From Eledone cirrhosa (Eukaryota): a stretch of 64,000 bases of DNA. The notes under the pieces are model-generated. The model was not told the DNA's origin. It did not search any database and saw only the letters and a program-made list of their open reading frames with translations. Position numbers and translations under genes: made by a program. The stretch spans positions 37,944,001 through 38,008,000 of the forward strand of contig OZ024749.1 in NCBI GenBank assembly GCA_964016885.1, written 5' to 3'. Numbering within the stretch: position 1 is the stretch's first letter; each line of letters opens with the position of its first letter. Positions 43,051 to 59,099 of this stretch are shown piece by piece.

Positions 43051-43144
43051 GCTTTCGTTCGCTGCTTCTAGCATGCGATTAGAATTTTGAATATCGGAGA
43101 CAGTTTTCACAGTTTTTACATTATTCAAAAATTTGAAAGAAATT

Positions 43145-43327
43145 AATTGTTTCTACTTTAGGCACAAGGCCAGCAATTATCCAGTGCATTACTGGTACTT
43201 TATTTTATCGACCCCGTAAGGATGAAAGGCAAAGTCAACCTCGGCGGGATTTGAACTCAGATCATAAAGGGACGTAACTATGCTGGAAAGCATGGCGTCC
43301 GACCCTCTACCGATACTTCCAATCCAC
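43145..43327 (-). mobile_element. Meta SINE
   Basis: Near full-length reverse-complement copy. Confidence 0.85.
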
Positions 43328-43832
43328 AAACAACCTTCGGCCTCCAGGACGCATGGTAGATTTTTGAGACTTATTTTTGGAAAAAGGTAGCGTCTTCGGC
43401 GCTGGGAAATATGGTATATATGATTGTGGTAGTGACGATGTTGGTTTGTATAATAAACACATTCGTAGTTACATTAATAAACACACTCGGTCGAACTCAT
43501 TTAATTTATGCGCATTCGAGTTCAATTTGGCCTTTAATGCTTACAGCATCGCTAAAATACGTAAGCAGTCAAGTATTGAGTCACTATAATCCATTTAGAG
43601 TCGCTGTTGGATCTAAGGGAGGTAACAAAACTTAAAATCTGAGGAGTAATTTCACTTGTTATTTTTCCTGGCTTATTTACCTATTTATAAATATTTACGT
43701 ATTTATAAATACGTAAATAAGCCAGGAAAAATAAGAAGTGAATTTACGTATTTATAAATAGTGTCTAAATAAAAAGAAATAAAAACAATTATTAAATGTA
43801 GCATGGTTCTGAAGATCTAGATAAATATATAT

Positions 43833-43975
43833 GCCGCATTTCCAGGCGCTGAAGACGCACCCTAATTTTGACAACCAAAAATTTGAAAAAAAGTAATAAA
43901 CAACTTTCAGCCCCCAGGACGCATGGTAGATTTTTTAGGAAAAAAGTAGCGTCTTTGACACTGGGAATTACGGTA
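43833..43975. mobile_element. pogo/Tc2-like MITE (partial second copy at 43330-43416)
   Basis: Imperfect TIRs ccgcatttccaggcgctgaagacgc / gcgtctttgacactgggaattacgg, in a TA context. Confidence 0.6.
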
Positions 43976-44184
43976 TATATATATATATATATACAAACAT
44001 AAATTATCGAGATTCGCATTTCGGCCCACGAAATATCGAAAAACAACCTCCGAGATGTGCGGCAAGTGCTCAATGATTCAGAAGAACCAGAGCTATAACA
44101 AACGTTAAAGGCCAAAGACACTGAGACGATGGTTAAACAATCATTCGCATAGCCAAAAAAACGATCAAGTAATTCGAGTATTGA

Positions 44185-44231
<47 letters not shown>

Positions 44232-44237
<6 letters not shown>

Positions 44238-44540
44238 AAAAATTGAACAGGGACAGAACAGAGAGGCAGTACGACAAATGTTTATTAGCTTCACGCTCAG
44301 GAGAGTGGGGGGTAGGTGGAGGACGACGTTTCGGGCAAAAGCCCTTCTTCGGGTAAGAGTTCAAAAGGTGTGTAGGGGAGTGGTGGAGAGACATATAGCG
44401 AAAGGAAACGGTGCGAATGAAAAATTAACAAATAAAGACAAAATTATAATAAATAATAAATAAAAATAAAGCATGATCAAAATACAAGGAATGAGAACAT
44501 TTAAAAATAAAGGCATGATCAAAATAAACTGAAATTAAAA
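44232..44540 (-). mobile_element. Penelope-like end with a minimal hammerhead variant (44323-44354, -)
   Basis: Minus strand ac-CCGAAGA-aGGGC tttt GCCC-GAAACGTC-gt, followed by AATAAA and (TA)n. Confidence 0.55.
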
Positions 44541-44558
44541 GGGGGGTAAACAGGTGGT

Positions 44559-44628
<70 letters not shown>

Positions 44629-45176
44629 AGTGAGTGAGAGGTAGGGAGTGTGAAAAACTGTCAGACCCTTACATTTTGTTTGGTTGAAGTGTGTATCGGT
44701 GAATGTTTATGTATTTGGTCACTCACGCCGACCCCTCTAAACCCCTCGTACCGCTCCCCACCATATTGCCCCCTCACTCTCCTCCCATCTCTTTCTAACA
44801 CTTTTCCCTGTCTCTCTCCGTCCCTTTCCTCTGCCTTTCTCTCTTCCTCGCTTCCCCCGCTCTTTCTCCCTCCCACTCTTCTCTCAACCCTCTCTCACAC
44901 TTAACCATTTCTGTCTCCCTGTCACACTCTCCTCCTCTCTCTCACACATTCTCTCTGTATGTGGGGTGGGTGGGAGACTGTAAAAGAAGAGTTTGATAAA
45001 TTTTGACTCCAAATTTTGACTCCAGTGCAGCCAATGTTCATCCAATTTCACTCACAATTCAAGAATCCACCCGTAACTCTAATAAAAGATACTTGCTTAA
45101 GATGTCACGCTGTGGGATCGATTCCACAACCTTGTGGTAACGAAGGAAACTTCTTAACTACTCGGCTATGCTGCAT

Positions 45177-46203
45177 GTGGATTGGCAGTATCGGTAAAGG
45201 GTCGGACGCCATGATTTGACGCATAGAGTTACGGCCCTTGCCATTCTGAGTTCAAATCCCGCCGAGGTTAACTTTGCCTTTCATCCTTCCGGGGGTCGAT
45301 CAAATAAAGAAAGTACCAGTAATACACTGTATAATTGCTGGCCTTGTGCCAAAAGTAGAAAAAATTATATATCTAAGAGAAGGACGAGGAATTGGCAGAA
45401 TCGTGAAACCATCGGACAAAATACTTTGTGATATTATTTCCTCCATCAGTAGAGAGTCGGACGCCATGCTTTCCAGCATAGTTACGTCCTTTTACGGTCT
45501 GAGTTTAAATCCCGCCGAGGTTAACTTTGCCTTTCATCCTTACGGGGTCGATAAAATAAAGTACCAGTAATGTACTGGTCATTTGCTGTCCTTGTGCCAA
45601 AAGTAGAAACAATTATTTCCTCCTCTTTCAGTTGTGAGTCAAAATCACGCCGAGGTCATCTTTGTTTTTCATCCCTATAAAAGTAGCAGTCAAGTGCTGA
45701 GTACGATATAATCGCTTTCCTCTCCCCGCTCGCTGAAATTGTTGGCCTTGTACACCAATTCCAAGCAATTATTCCTCCAAATAATTGTTTCTACTTTTGA
45801 CACAAGGCCAGCAATTACCACAGTGCATTACTGGTACTTTATTTTATCGACCCCGTAAGGATGACAGGCAAAGTTTACCTCGACAGGATTTGAATTCAGA
45901 CCTTAAAGGGACGTAACTATGTTAGAAAGCATGGGGTCCGACCCTCTACCGATGCTGCAATAATAATAATAATTTCTACTATAGGCACAAGGCCAGCAAT
46001 TTTTTTTTTTTTTTTTTTTTTTTTCTATAGGGGAATCGATTAATTCAACCTCAGTGCATTACTAGTGATTTATTTTATCGACCCCGTAATGATGTAAGGT
46101 AAAGTTAACCTCGGCGGTATTTGAACTCAGAACGTAAAGGGCCATAACTCTATGCTGCAAAGCATGGCGTCCAACCCTCTACCGATACAGCCAATTCACT
46201 ACC
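45177..46203. mobile_element. Cluster of five Meta SINE copies (+: 45177-45365, 45448-45615, 45635-45770; -: 45782-45960, 45973-46203)
   Basis: Repeated B box, core and tail motifs. Confidence 0.8.
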
Positions 46204-46269
46204 CTTTTCCTCCAAATAATGAAGACACGAACCTAGTAATGAATGTTAAACTCGTGATCCAATATTCAG

Positions 46270-46560
46270 TAAAATTGTCCAAAGTAATGTCATGGGAGGA
46301 CTTTGGGGTTAAATTGGCATCCGACTTAATAAATATATACTGGAAGACTATCCGCCGACTTTGTAATAAGAAATCTCCCTCTACACCTGCCATTAGGGAC
46401 TCGTCTGGAATTCTCTACTATGAAGGGAGGTGCATCCATTTAAAGCGGAGAGAATGCTTTGCTGATCTCTTCTCTATAGTCACAACAACATTTTCTTATG
46501 TATATGAGGTGAATCTCGGGGTGATGACTAACATGAAAGAACTCTTTGAAAGGCGAGGCT
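46270..46560 (+). mobile_element. RTE/Rex3-like LINE internal fragment
   Basis: SKVMSWEDFGVKL..YWKTIRRL..KRRECFADLF resembles Rex3 K...WEEFG....FW.TIRRL....RW.EYF.DLL. Confidence 0.7.
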
Positions 46561-47015
46561 GATTACTCTATTACCAACAAACCTCCCAGGAATAAGTGGA
46601 CGAAAAAGAATAAGAAATGTGTATAATATCTTTACTACAGAACAGATGATGGTGAAAACTTTCAGCATTAGAGTGAAGACGTTAATTCCTAACGTGATGC
46701 ATTTTCAGTGTTGTTCTATCAATTTCAAGAATATCTTGTAATTGCCATTTCATATGAATGAGGTTGCTAAATGCTAAACAAGATACATTATTCAACTTTG
46801 CTACATAGCAATCAGACGGTAAAGAATTGTGTATCTAAGAGAAGAGAGAGAAAGAATCGTTACAGTCAGTCAAATACTTGTCGTGGTCGACCAGATTAGG
46901 TACCATGGAAACAGTAAGGTCGTTTTAGTCGAGTATATTCAGGTGGTTATATATTTTATGTATTGGTGTTAATGTCATCAATCGTTATCATAAAACACAA
47001 AATAGAGACAAGATA

Positions 47016-47051
<36 letters not shown>

Positions 47052-47075
47052 ATGTATATATATATATATATATAT

Positions 47076-47119
<44 letters not shown>

Positions 47120-47164
47120 ATATATATATGTATATATGTGTATATGTATAAATATATATATATA

Positions 47165-47550
47165 TATATATTTATACATATATATATCTGTATATATTTA
47201 TACATATATATATATCTGTATATATTTATACATATATATATATATCTGTATATATTTATACATATATATATATCTGTATATATTTATACATATATATATA
47301 TATCTGTATATATTTATACATATATATATATCTGTATATATTTATACATATATATATATCTGTATATATTTATACATATATATATATCTGTATATATTTA
47401 TACATATATATATATCTGTATATATTTATACATATATATATATATCTGTATATATTTATACATATATATATATCTGTATATATTTATACATATATATATA
47501 TCTGTATATATTTATACATATATATATATCTGTATATATATCTGTATATA
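47165..47550. repeat. ~28-32-bp TA-derived minisatellite
   Basis: Unit tctgtatatatttatacatatatatata, about 12 copies. Confidence 0.9.
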
Positions 47551-47693
47551 TGTATATATATATATACATACATATGAGTATGGGGTGTATGTAGGTAAGT
47601 ATTAAGAGGAACTATATCCACTTTCCGCTATCAAAGATTTGACGGTTGTTTCAAGTTAGATAAACAGAAGTGTCAATCAATGCAGCGTGCTAA

Positions 47694-47797
<104 letters not shown>

Positions 47798-47907
47798 GAT
47801 ACACACACACATATATACATATATGAGAAACACACATACACACGTGTACACATATACATATACATATACATATATATATATATATTTACATACATACATA
47901 CATACAA

Positions 47908-47939
<32 letters not shown>

Positions 47940-47962
47940 ATATAAGCATATACATACAAACA

Positions 47963-48099
<137 letters not shown>

Positions 48100-48210
48100 A
48101 TATATACATATATATATATATATATACACCTACTCATACGCACGCTCATACTCGTTTGCCGCATACAGATTACACACAAACACAAATACACATTTAAATA
48201 TATTTATAAG

Positions 48211-48518
<308 letters not shown>

Positions 48519-48543
48519 CATATATATATACATATATATATAT

Positions 48544-48706
<163 letters not shown>

Positions 48707-49079
48707 TACATGTGCTTGTATGCATACACCCACATACATACATACATACATACATACATACAGCCACATGTACACCGGTAAATATATCAAAGATTGCATA
48801 TCTGCTGGAGTAGAAGAGATTCCCAGGTTTGGTATGGCAACACAGGTGTCTGAGATTCTATTTATCCAATATCAGTGAGAATTAATTGATTCTGCTATCA
48901 TTCCAAAAGATAGCAAGGTCGGTTCCATATCTGAAAGGTTATTTAATCTAACTATTTTCAGGTGAAATAGTAAAAAAATATCACTAATGTATATATACAC
49001 ACATACACACGTACAGAAACACTCTCACACACATATACACACACACACATAGACACACACACGCACACACCACACACAC

Positions 49080-49156
<77 letters not shown>

Positions 49157-49157
49157 C

Positions 49158-49356
<199 letters not shown>

Positions 49357-49421
49357 TATAGATATATATATACACATGTATATATACATACATACACACA
49401 CACACACTTATATATATATAT

Positions 49422-49598
49422 ATATTGTTATACTTTGGGAGGGTCATGTTGCCAATAAGAAACACACGCACCAGTTGCTTTCACTTCAATTTATTATAAT
49501 AAATTTATTATTGGCAACATGACCCTCCCAAAGTATAACAATATCGGTTTCAACACACGTTTTCAGATAAAGAATCTTGCTAAACAAATTCAGAAACG

Positions 49599-49600
<2 letters not shown>
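49422..49600 (+). mobile_element. Family C mini-element (inverted arm and tail)
   Basis: tattgttatactttgggagggtcatgttgccaataa / ttattggcaacatgaccctcccaaagtataacaata, then a tail homologous to 5966-6022. Confidence 0.75.
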
Positions 49601-49679
<79 letters not shown>

Positions 49680-49680
<1 letters not shown>

Positions 49681-49909
49681 TGGTTATCACTCATTTTTTA
49701 TCTTTTATTTTGTTTTGACCTGTTTAGCTTGATTTGGTTTTTGGCTTGGGTGGTTAATGCTTTCTTGACGACCTTTTCAGTTTTGTATGGCTTCTTAACA
49801 CATTGTTTAGCTCTGGTTTTTAACTATTGAGCACTTTGCCAGTATCATTTCTGATTTTTGCGTTTCGCTTCGCTTTTCCTGCCGGCCGAAAATGCGATTC
49901 TCGCTGAAT

Positions 49910-49912
<3 letters not shown>
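49680..49912 (+). mobile_element. (TA)n-embedded repeat related to 18025-18190
   Basis: Shared ttttgtttgacctgtttagcttg..gagc..ttgccag..tgcgtttcgc..tctcgctga. Confidence 0.5.
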
Positions 49913-49973
<61 letters not shown>

Positions 49974-50622
49974 CGGAGCGTGTTATAATTTGCTTGAAGC
50001 CCTGTAGAATATGAAAAATGGATAAGCAACAAAGATGGAATGAAATTAAGAGATGTGTGGTGGAACAAAAGTAGTTTCGGGAAGAAGGAAAATAAATAGA
50101 TGAGAATGACTTGTTGCTACCTTTACGAATTCATTAGACCCAATATTTCGCATTTACCAACCATTATCAAGGCAATATCTTATCGCTTTTTTGGTTCTAT
50201 CTCACCACTCACAATTCCCTTCTCACAACACGAAATATGAACAGATCTCCTTCAATCCTTCATTTTTATTTTGCAATTTACTTACAATATTTAATATTTG
50301 ATAAGATGAATTACATCGGAAATGGTAACATTTTATATATTTTATAAAATTCTTTAAAGAATAAAAATGTTAGCCTTTTTGTAAAAATAACACAATGTCG
50401 GATTAAAGAAAAAAAGATTCTTTAATTATTCTTCCGTGCGGTTCCCATTCTTACTTTTTATATATATGTATATATATATATGTGTGTGTGTGAGTGTATG
50501 TGTGTGTATGTGTGTGTATGTGTGTGTATGTGTGTGTGGGTGTGCGTGTGTGTGTAAATACACACATATAAGCGTGAATCTAATATGTACAATTGCCTCC
50601 TGTATTTTGTTCATTCATTTTC

Positions 50623-50743
<121 letters not shown>

Positions 50744-50848
50744 TATATATACATATATATATATATATACTTATATATATATATACACACACACACATAT
50801 ATATATACACACACATATATATACATATATATATACATACATATATAT

Positions 50849-50919
<71 letters not shown>

Positions 50920-51132
50920 CATATATATATACATATTTACATACATATATATATATATACACATATATATACATACATATATATACACACACACACACAC
51001 CCACACACACATATATATATATATATATGTATGTACGTACTTGTGTAAAGCGTTACGTAAAATTTTAATATGTGTGTGTGAGTGTGTAATTATATATTCG
51101 AAAGTATAGTGTTTCTTAATATATCCCACACG

Positions 51133-51199
<67 letters not shown>

Positions 51200-51218
51200 C
51201 GTGTGGGATATATTAAGA

Positions 51219-51252
<34 letters not shown>

Positions 51253-51271
51253 CGTGTGGGATATATTAAGA

Positions 51272-51307
<36 letters not shown>

Positions 51308-51309
<2 letters not shown>

Positions 51310-51906
51310 GTGTACTCCGATATTCGCGGTCCCGGTTATTCGCGGAACGTTCCTTAGAACCTAGCTAATAATTGTCCGCATAAATATCTTCCGCGATTTT
51401 TTTTATGGCTTTTTCGTGGCAATATATATTTTTTTACGCTTTGTAATATTAAACTATTAATTAAAATGTAACAGTATTTGCCGGCCTATTCAACGCCCGT
51501 TCGCTTAAGATGCTCCCTCTGATTAGAATAGCCGTGCATCATATCGCGTGTTGGTTTTAGATACAAGTACACTGTATCTTGTATCTCTTATTCTTGCGTT
51601 TTCAATCAAAGCTTGTCAAATAGTATGATGACATATATCTATATTTCACACATACACACACATTCTCTCTCACTCTATTTGTCTCTCAACAAACTTTCAT
51701 TTTAGTGAAAGTATTTTATATAAGATATAAGATATACAGTGTAGCGATCAAATATGTACAACACTGGACTGAACGTTAATTTTATACCAGTGCTCTTTTC
51801 AATCACCACTACATTTGATCATACATTTTGTTTATTTCAACAGGCTAATTTTCAATGCAGAGAGCCGATATAGCCTCATTGAAAACGGTCACTTGCTGGT
51901 CCACCC

Positions 51907-51975
<69 letters not shown>

Positions 51976-52400
51976 ACCTTGTGGAGACAAAGGACTCGGA
52001 CAAGAATTTCAATTTAAAGGTGTACTGGCGTAACTTCACGATCGAAACGTGCCTGTCAGTTATCCAAGCTGCTCTTAAGGACATGAAAAAGAAGCTCCTC
52101 GCATGCTGGAAGGTGTGGCCAGAGTGTGTCCAAGACTACAACGACATCTCACCTGAAGAAATTCAGCACGAGGCTGTTGAGCATGCGGTGAGACTGGAAA
52201 AGGCACCTGTTGGCGAAAGTTTTGATGGCATCAGGCAAGATGAGGTCAACAACCTCATCGATGCCCACTCTGAACCCCTGACGGACTGGGATTTGTTGGA
52301 GTTAACGAAATCTGTCAGCGAAGGGGAGGAGGAAGCGCCAGATCTTCTATCCGACCTTTTGAGGACAGCAAGGGAAGGCAGAAGAATGGGATCCCTATAT
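51308..52400 (+). mobile_element. Tigger/pogo DNA transposon remnant (TIR-like start and transposase C-terminal fragment 51975-52345)
   Basis: Start cagtgtactccgatattcgcgg. Translation LKVYWRNFTIETCL..ACWKVWPECVQDY..GESFDGI..DEVNNLIDAHSEPLTD.DLLEL is Tigger1/TIGD1-like. Confidence 0.8.
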
Positions 52401-53044
52401 GGTTCGGTCTCTCTCTCTCACACACACACACACGCACGCCCGCCCGCGTGTGAGCGTGCGTGTGTGCGTGTGTGCATGTGTGCGTGTGTGTGTGTGCGTG
52501 CGTGCGTGTGTGCGTGTGCGCGCGTGCGTGTGTATGTGTGCGTGTGTGCATGTGTGCGTGTGCGCGCGCGTGTGTGTGTGCGTGCGTGTGCGTGTGTGTG
52601 CGCGCGCGTGTGTGTGTGTGTGCGTGTGTGTGTATGTGTGTGTGTGTGTCTGTACATACATATGCATACACACATTTGTGGAAATTATCTTTATGGTGCT
52701 TAAACTTAAAGAAGGTTCATTTTGTTTCAAGAAGATAATTCAGTTTAGCTAAGAGGTTGTATTATATACCTAAGTATGTGTTGCATACACGTGATGCATT
52801 ATGACCCTTCTATGGCTTTGTACCATACAAGTTTAACAACATAAATCATACAAATTCTATAGTTATCTCTCGCAACTTACACAAACATAACATATAAACA
52901 TATATAATACTAGTCATCTACACAAACTTCCACATACCTGACACATAAACGCATACACATACTATAATTATATATATCACAACTAGCACACATATTCTAT
53001 CTACATCAACGTACACACGCATTATATATAAATACAAAGACACA

Positions 53045-53740
53045 ATATAAATATATATATACCTCAATCTACACACGCATTATACATAAACGAAAAGACG
53101 ATATAAATATATATATATACCTCAATCTACACACGCATTATACATAAACGAAAAGACGATATAAATATATATATATACCTCAATCTACACACGCATTATA
53201 CATAAACGAAAAGACGATATAAATATATATATATACCTCAATCTACACACGCATTATACATAAACGAAAAGACGATATAAATATATATATATACCTCAAT
53301 CTACACACGCATTATACATAAACGAAAAGACGATATAAATATATATATATACCTCAATCTACACACGCATTATACATAAACGAAAAGACGATATAAATAT
53401 ATATATATACCTCAATCTACACACGCATTATACATAAACGAAAAGACGATATAAATATATATATATACCTCAATCTACACACGCATTATACATAAACGAA
53501 AAGACGATATAAATATATATATATACCTCAATCTACACACGCATTATACATAAACGAAAAGACGATATAAATATATATATATACCTCAATCTACACACGC
53601 ATTATACATAAACGAAAAGACGATATAAATATATATATATACCTCAATCTACACACGCATTATACATAAACGAAAAGACGATATAAATATATATATATAT
53701 ATACCTCAATCTACACACGCATTATACATAAACGAAAAGA
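53045..53740. repeat. 58-bp minisatellite, ~12 near-identical copies, within diverged relatives (52860-54120; similar at 56400-56855)
   Basis: acctcaatctacacacgcattatacataaacgaaaagacgatataa(at)n starts at 53061, 53119, 53177, 53235, 53293 and onward. Confidence 0.95.
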
Positions 53741-54336
53741 CACAGCCTCAGCCGGATGGCTGAAACAGGTAAAAGAGTAAAAGAGTATATATACCTCAAC
53801 CTACACACGTATTATATATAAACGCAAAGGAACCCATTAAATATATATCCCCCAATTTATATACATATTATACATAAGCATATCGACATACTATAAATAT
53901 ATCTACCCCAACCTACACACGCATTATATATAAACACAAAAACATGATTATATATACCTTGAAAATATACACCATTAAACATAAGCTCATAGATATACCT
54001 ATAAATATATCTACCTCAACATACACAAGCATTATATATACCTTCAATATATACTCCATTAAACATAAGCTCATAGACATACTATAGATAAATCTACCTC
54101 AGCCTACACACGCATTATATCATCATCATCATTTTACGTCCGCTTTTCCCTGCTTGCAAATAAACACAAAATCATTATGATTATACATACCGACAAGATA
54201 CACAACATTATCCGTAAGGATGAAAGACGAGGTTAAATTTGCCTTTCATCCTTATAATAAAGTACCAGTAATACACTGGATATTTGCTGGCCTTCTGCCA
54301 AAAGTAGAAACAATTATATATAAACGCATAAACACA

Positions 54337-55803
<1,467 letters not shown>

Positions 55804-55807
55804 ATAC

Positions 55808-56139
55808 AATGATATTAAATAAATGGAAACTATATTTATAAAACAATATTTATTTTATTATATAACTATTATATAACTATCCAGTGAATATCCAACCGAT
55901 AAGGTATGATTTTCATGGGTATGTCTCTATTTATAAAACAAACTTTGTATTTTATCTGATGAAAGCGTACCAATGTGTCTTGGTACCCTTGAAATATATA
56001 TAATAAAATAAATATGGTTTTATAAATATAGCTTCCATTTATTTAATATCATTGAATATTTACTCCAGTAATGTGTTGAGTGCTCTAAATCAGTTATAAA
56101 CATTTATATTTGTCGGACTTCCAACAAATTAAATACTCC
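55808..56139 (+). mobile_element. Family B element, diverged subfamily (short inverted arm, hammerhead, tail)
   Basis: 55808-55864 is inverted relative to ~55997-56053. The tail is homologous to the reverse complement of 14425-14510. Confidence 0.8.
55949..56009 (+). ncRNA. Type I hammerhead ribozyme
   Basis: AUUUUAU-CUGAUGA-AAG c GUACCAA uguguc UUGGUAC c CUU-GAAA-UAUAUA-UA/-AUAAAAU. Stem I is 7 Watson-Crick pairs. Confidence 0.85.
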
Positions 56140-56144
56140 TTCTA

Positions 56145-56205
<61 letters not shown>

Positions 56206-56272
56206 TATTTGCTCTACGGTTCTTATATATTTGATATATATTTATTCTTATCTTCAAATTTATTATTATTAC

Positions 56273-56331
<59 letters not shown>

Positions 56332-57245
56332 CTTCATTCTTCACACACATTATACCTAAACACATAGATACATACTAAGTATTTCTCCCTGAACTTGCTG
56401 CACAAAAATTATACATAAACACATGAAATACTATAAATATTTATATATCAAACCTCACACATATTATACATAAATACATACAAATATTATAGTTATATAT
56501 ATCTCAAAATTCACACATATTATACATAAATACATACAAATATTATAGTTATATATATCTCAAACCTCACACATATACATAACTCCATTGACACACTCTA
56601 AATATATATATACCTCTATCTGCAAAGGCATTATAAATAAACATATACACACACTATAATTATATATAACCTAACTTACACATATACATAAATACATACA
56701 AATATCATAGTTATATATTCTTCAAACCTCACACATATACATAAACACATACAAATATTATAGTTATATATACTTATATATACACACGCATTATACATAA
56801 ATACACACAAACTCTATAATTATATATATCTCAACCTGCACACATATTATACATAAATAAAGATGGTAGAACAATGAACATGGAATAGAATCCAAATTGC
56901 TTGGTGATAAATATTCTAGTTTTGCCTCTGGAATTTCTACTTAGAAGAAGCGGTAATGAGTAAACGGAAAGTAAGATGAAGGGGTGGAAGAATCTTCTTC
57001 GATAGTAAAGGACATAAAAGATCCCCCGCTCCCACATGAAATGTAGGATGTGAGATTAGAATTTTAGAAATTGCCACCAGAACAAGGCAAACATTGGATG
57101 TCTTTTAAAATATTCTACTTAAGTTAATCCAGAATAAGAACTAATATATGTTCTTCTATACCTTGACTACGAGAGAAAAACCTATAAATTCTATAAATTC
57201 CTCACTAAGCATTTGTTGACATAACAAAGCAAGGAACTGGTACGA

Positions 57246-57610
<365 letters not shown>

Positions 57611-57910
57611 CATGTATATATGTATATATATGTATGTATATACATACATATACATACACAAACCAATTTCACATAGGATGTCACGAATTCACTTATCAAT
57701 CTATTGACCACAAACGCACATGTATATATCTATTTATACATATATAGATATAATTTGTATGTATATATATATATATATATAATATATATATATATATAGG
57801 GTGTCCCAAAAAATGTATGCACTCTTCAACAGCATTCTAATAAATATTACTTGTACAGGTAATCAAAGTGTATATGTATATATATATATATATATATGTA
57901 TATGTATTTG

Positions 57911-57971
<61 letters not shown>

Positions 57972-58014
57972 AATCAAATTTATTGAGTATTCCACTTAAC
58001 ATACATTTATATAT

Positions 58015-58085
<71 letters not shown>

Positions 58086-58350
58086 ACTGTATGTTAAGTG
58101 GAATACTCAATAAATTTGATTTATATACTTATGTCATATTTTTTCTTTCTCCTTTCTTTTTACACACTAACACAATACAGAACATCATCTCTACTACTCT
58201 ATTCTATACCTTAATATATATTACCATCTCTATATTACATTCTACCACATATTACCATAAATCTGCTATAGCTTATGTACTCTAACACGTGTACGATTTC
58301 GCAATTCCAAGTGTACATTTTTCGAAAACTTGTGTTTTTAGCTCACATTT

Positions 58351-58532
58351 TGGCAGAATCGGTAGAGGGTCGGACGCCATGCTTTGACGCGTAGAGTTAC
58401 GGTCCTTGCCATTCTGAGTTCAAATCCCGCCGAGGTTAACTTTGCCTTTCATCCTTACGGGAGTCGAAAAAATAAAGTACCAGTAATGCACGGGGTAATT
58501 GCTGGCCTTGTGCCAAAAAGTAGAAATAATTA
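58351..58532 (+). mobile_element. Meta SINE
   Basis: Head, B box, core and tail. Confidence 0.85.
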
Positions 58533-58672
58533 TTTTTAATAGTATATTAGAAATTCGTATAAGCACCTAAAATTAGGTTACAATTTTCATCACTCCTACA
58601 TTCTGGATACATTGTCAGTATTGGGCCTTGAAACCTTAGGTAGCGCTTTTGTCCTCTGTATGAAGCTAAATA

Positions 58673-58705
<33 letters not shown>

Positions 58706-58909
58706 GGAACGAGTAAGACCCGCACGGCTGAGCTCAAGCCGTTTCGACGGCTAATTCTGGACTAAAAATTTAGTCCAGAATTAGCCGTCGAAACGGCTTG
58801 AGCTTAGCCGTCGGGGTCTTACTCGTTCCTATTACCCACTCTACTACCCTAAGTATTGAGTACTTTGGTGCGTTATGGTCCACCTGGTTCCTGACCACAT
58901 TTCCTTCGT

Positions 58910-58910
<1 letters not shown>
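58706..58910 (+). mobile_element. Fold-back element, family A
   Basis: Arms 58706-58765 / 58768-58829, centre ctaaaaatttag, tail ending ttccttcgtt(at)n. Confidence 0.85.
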
Positions 58911-59008
<98 letters not shown>

Positions 59009-59099
59009 TTTGCGTATATGTTGGTTGTTTATTGACACCTCAGTATGCAGATTGGATCACTCGACGAAGTACGCAGGCTGGTTTGTCTACTCTGGAGTA

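Noticed and set aside
51855-52703. Intact 282-aa gene or domesticated TIGD
   Set aside because: Only a C-terminal transposase fragment, fused to microsatellite translation, with no DDE core or HTH.
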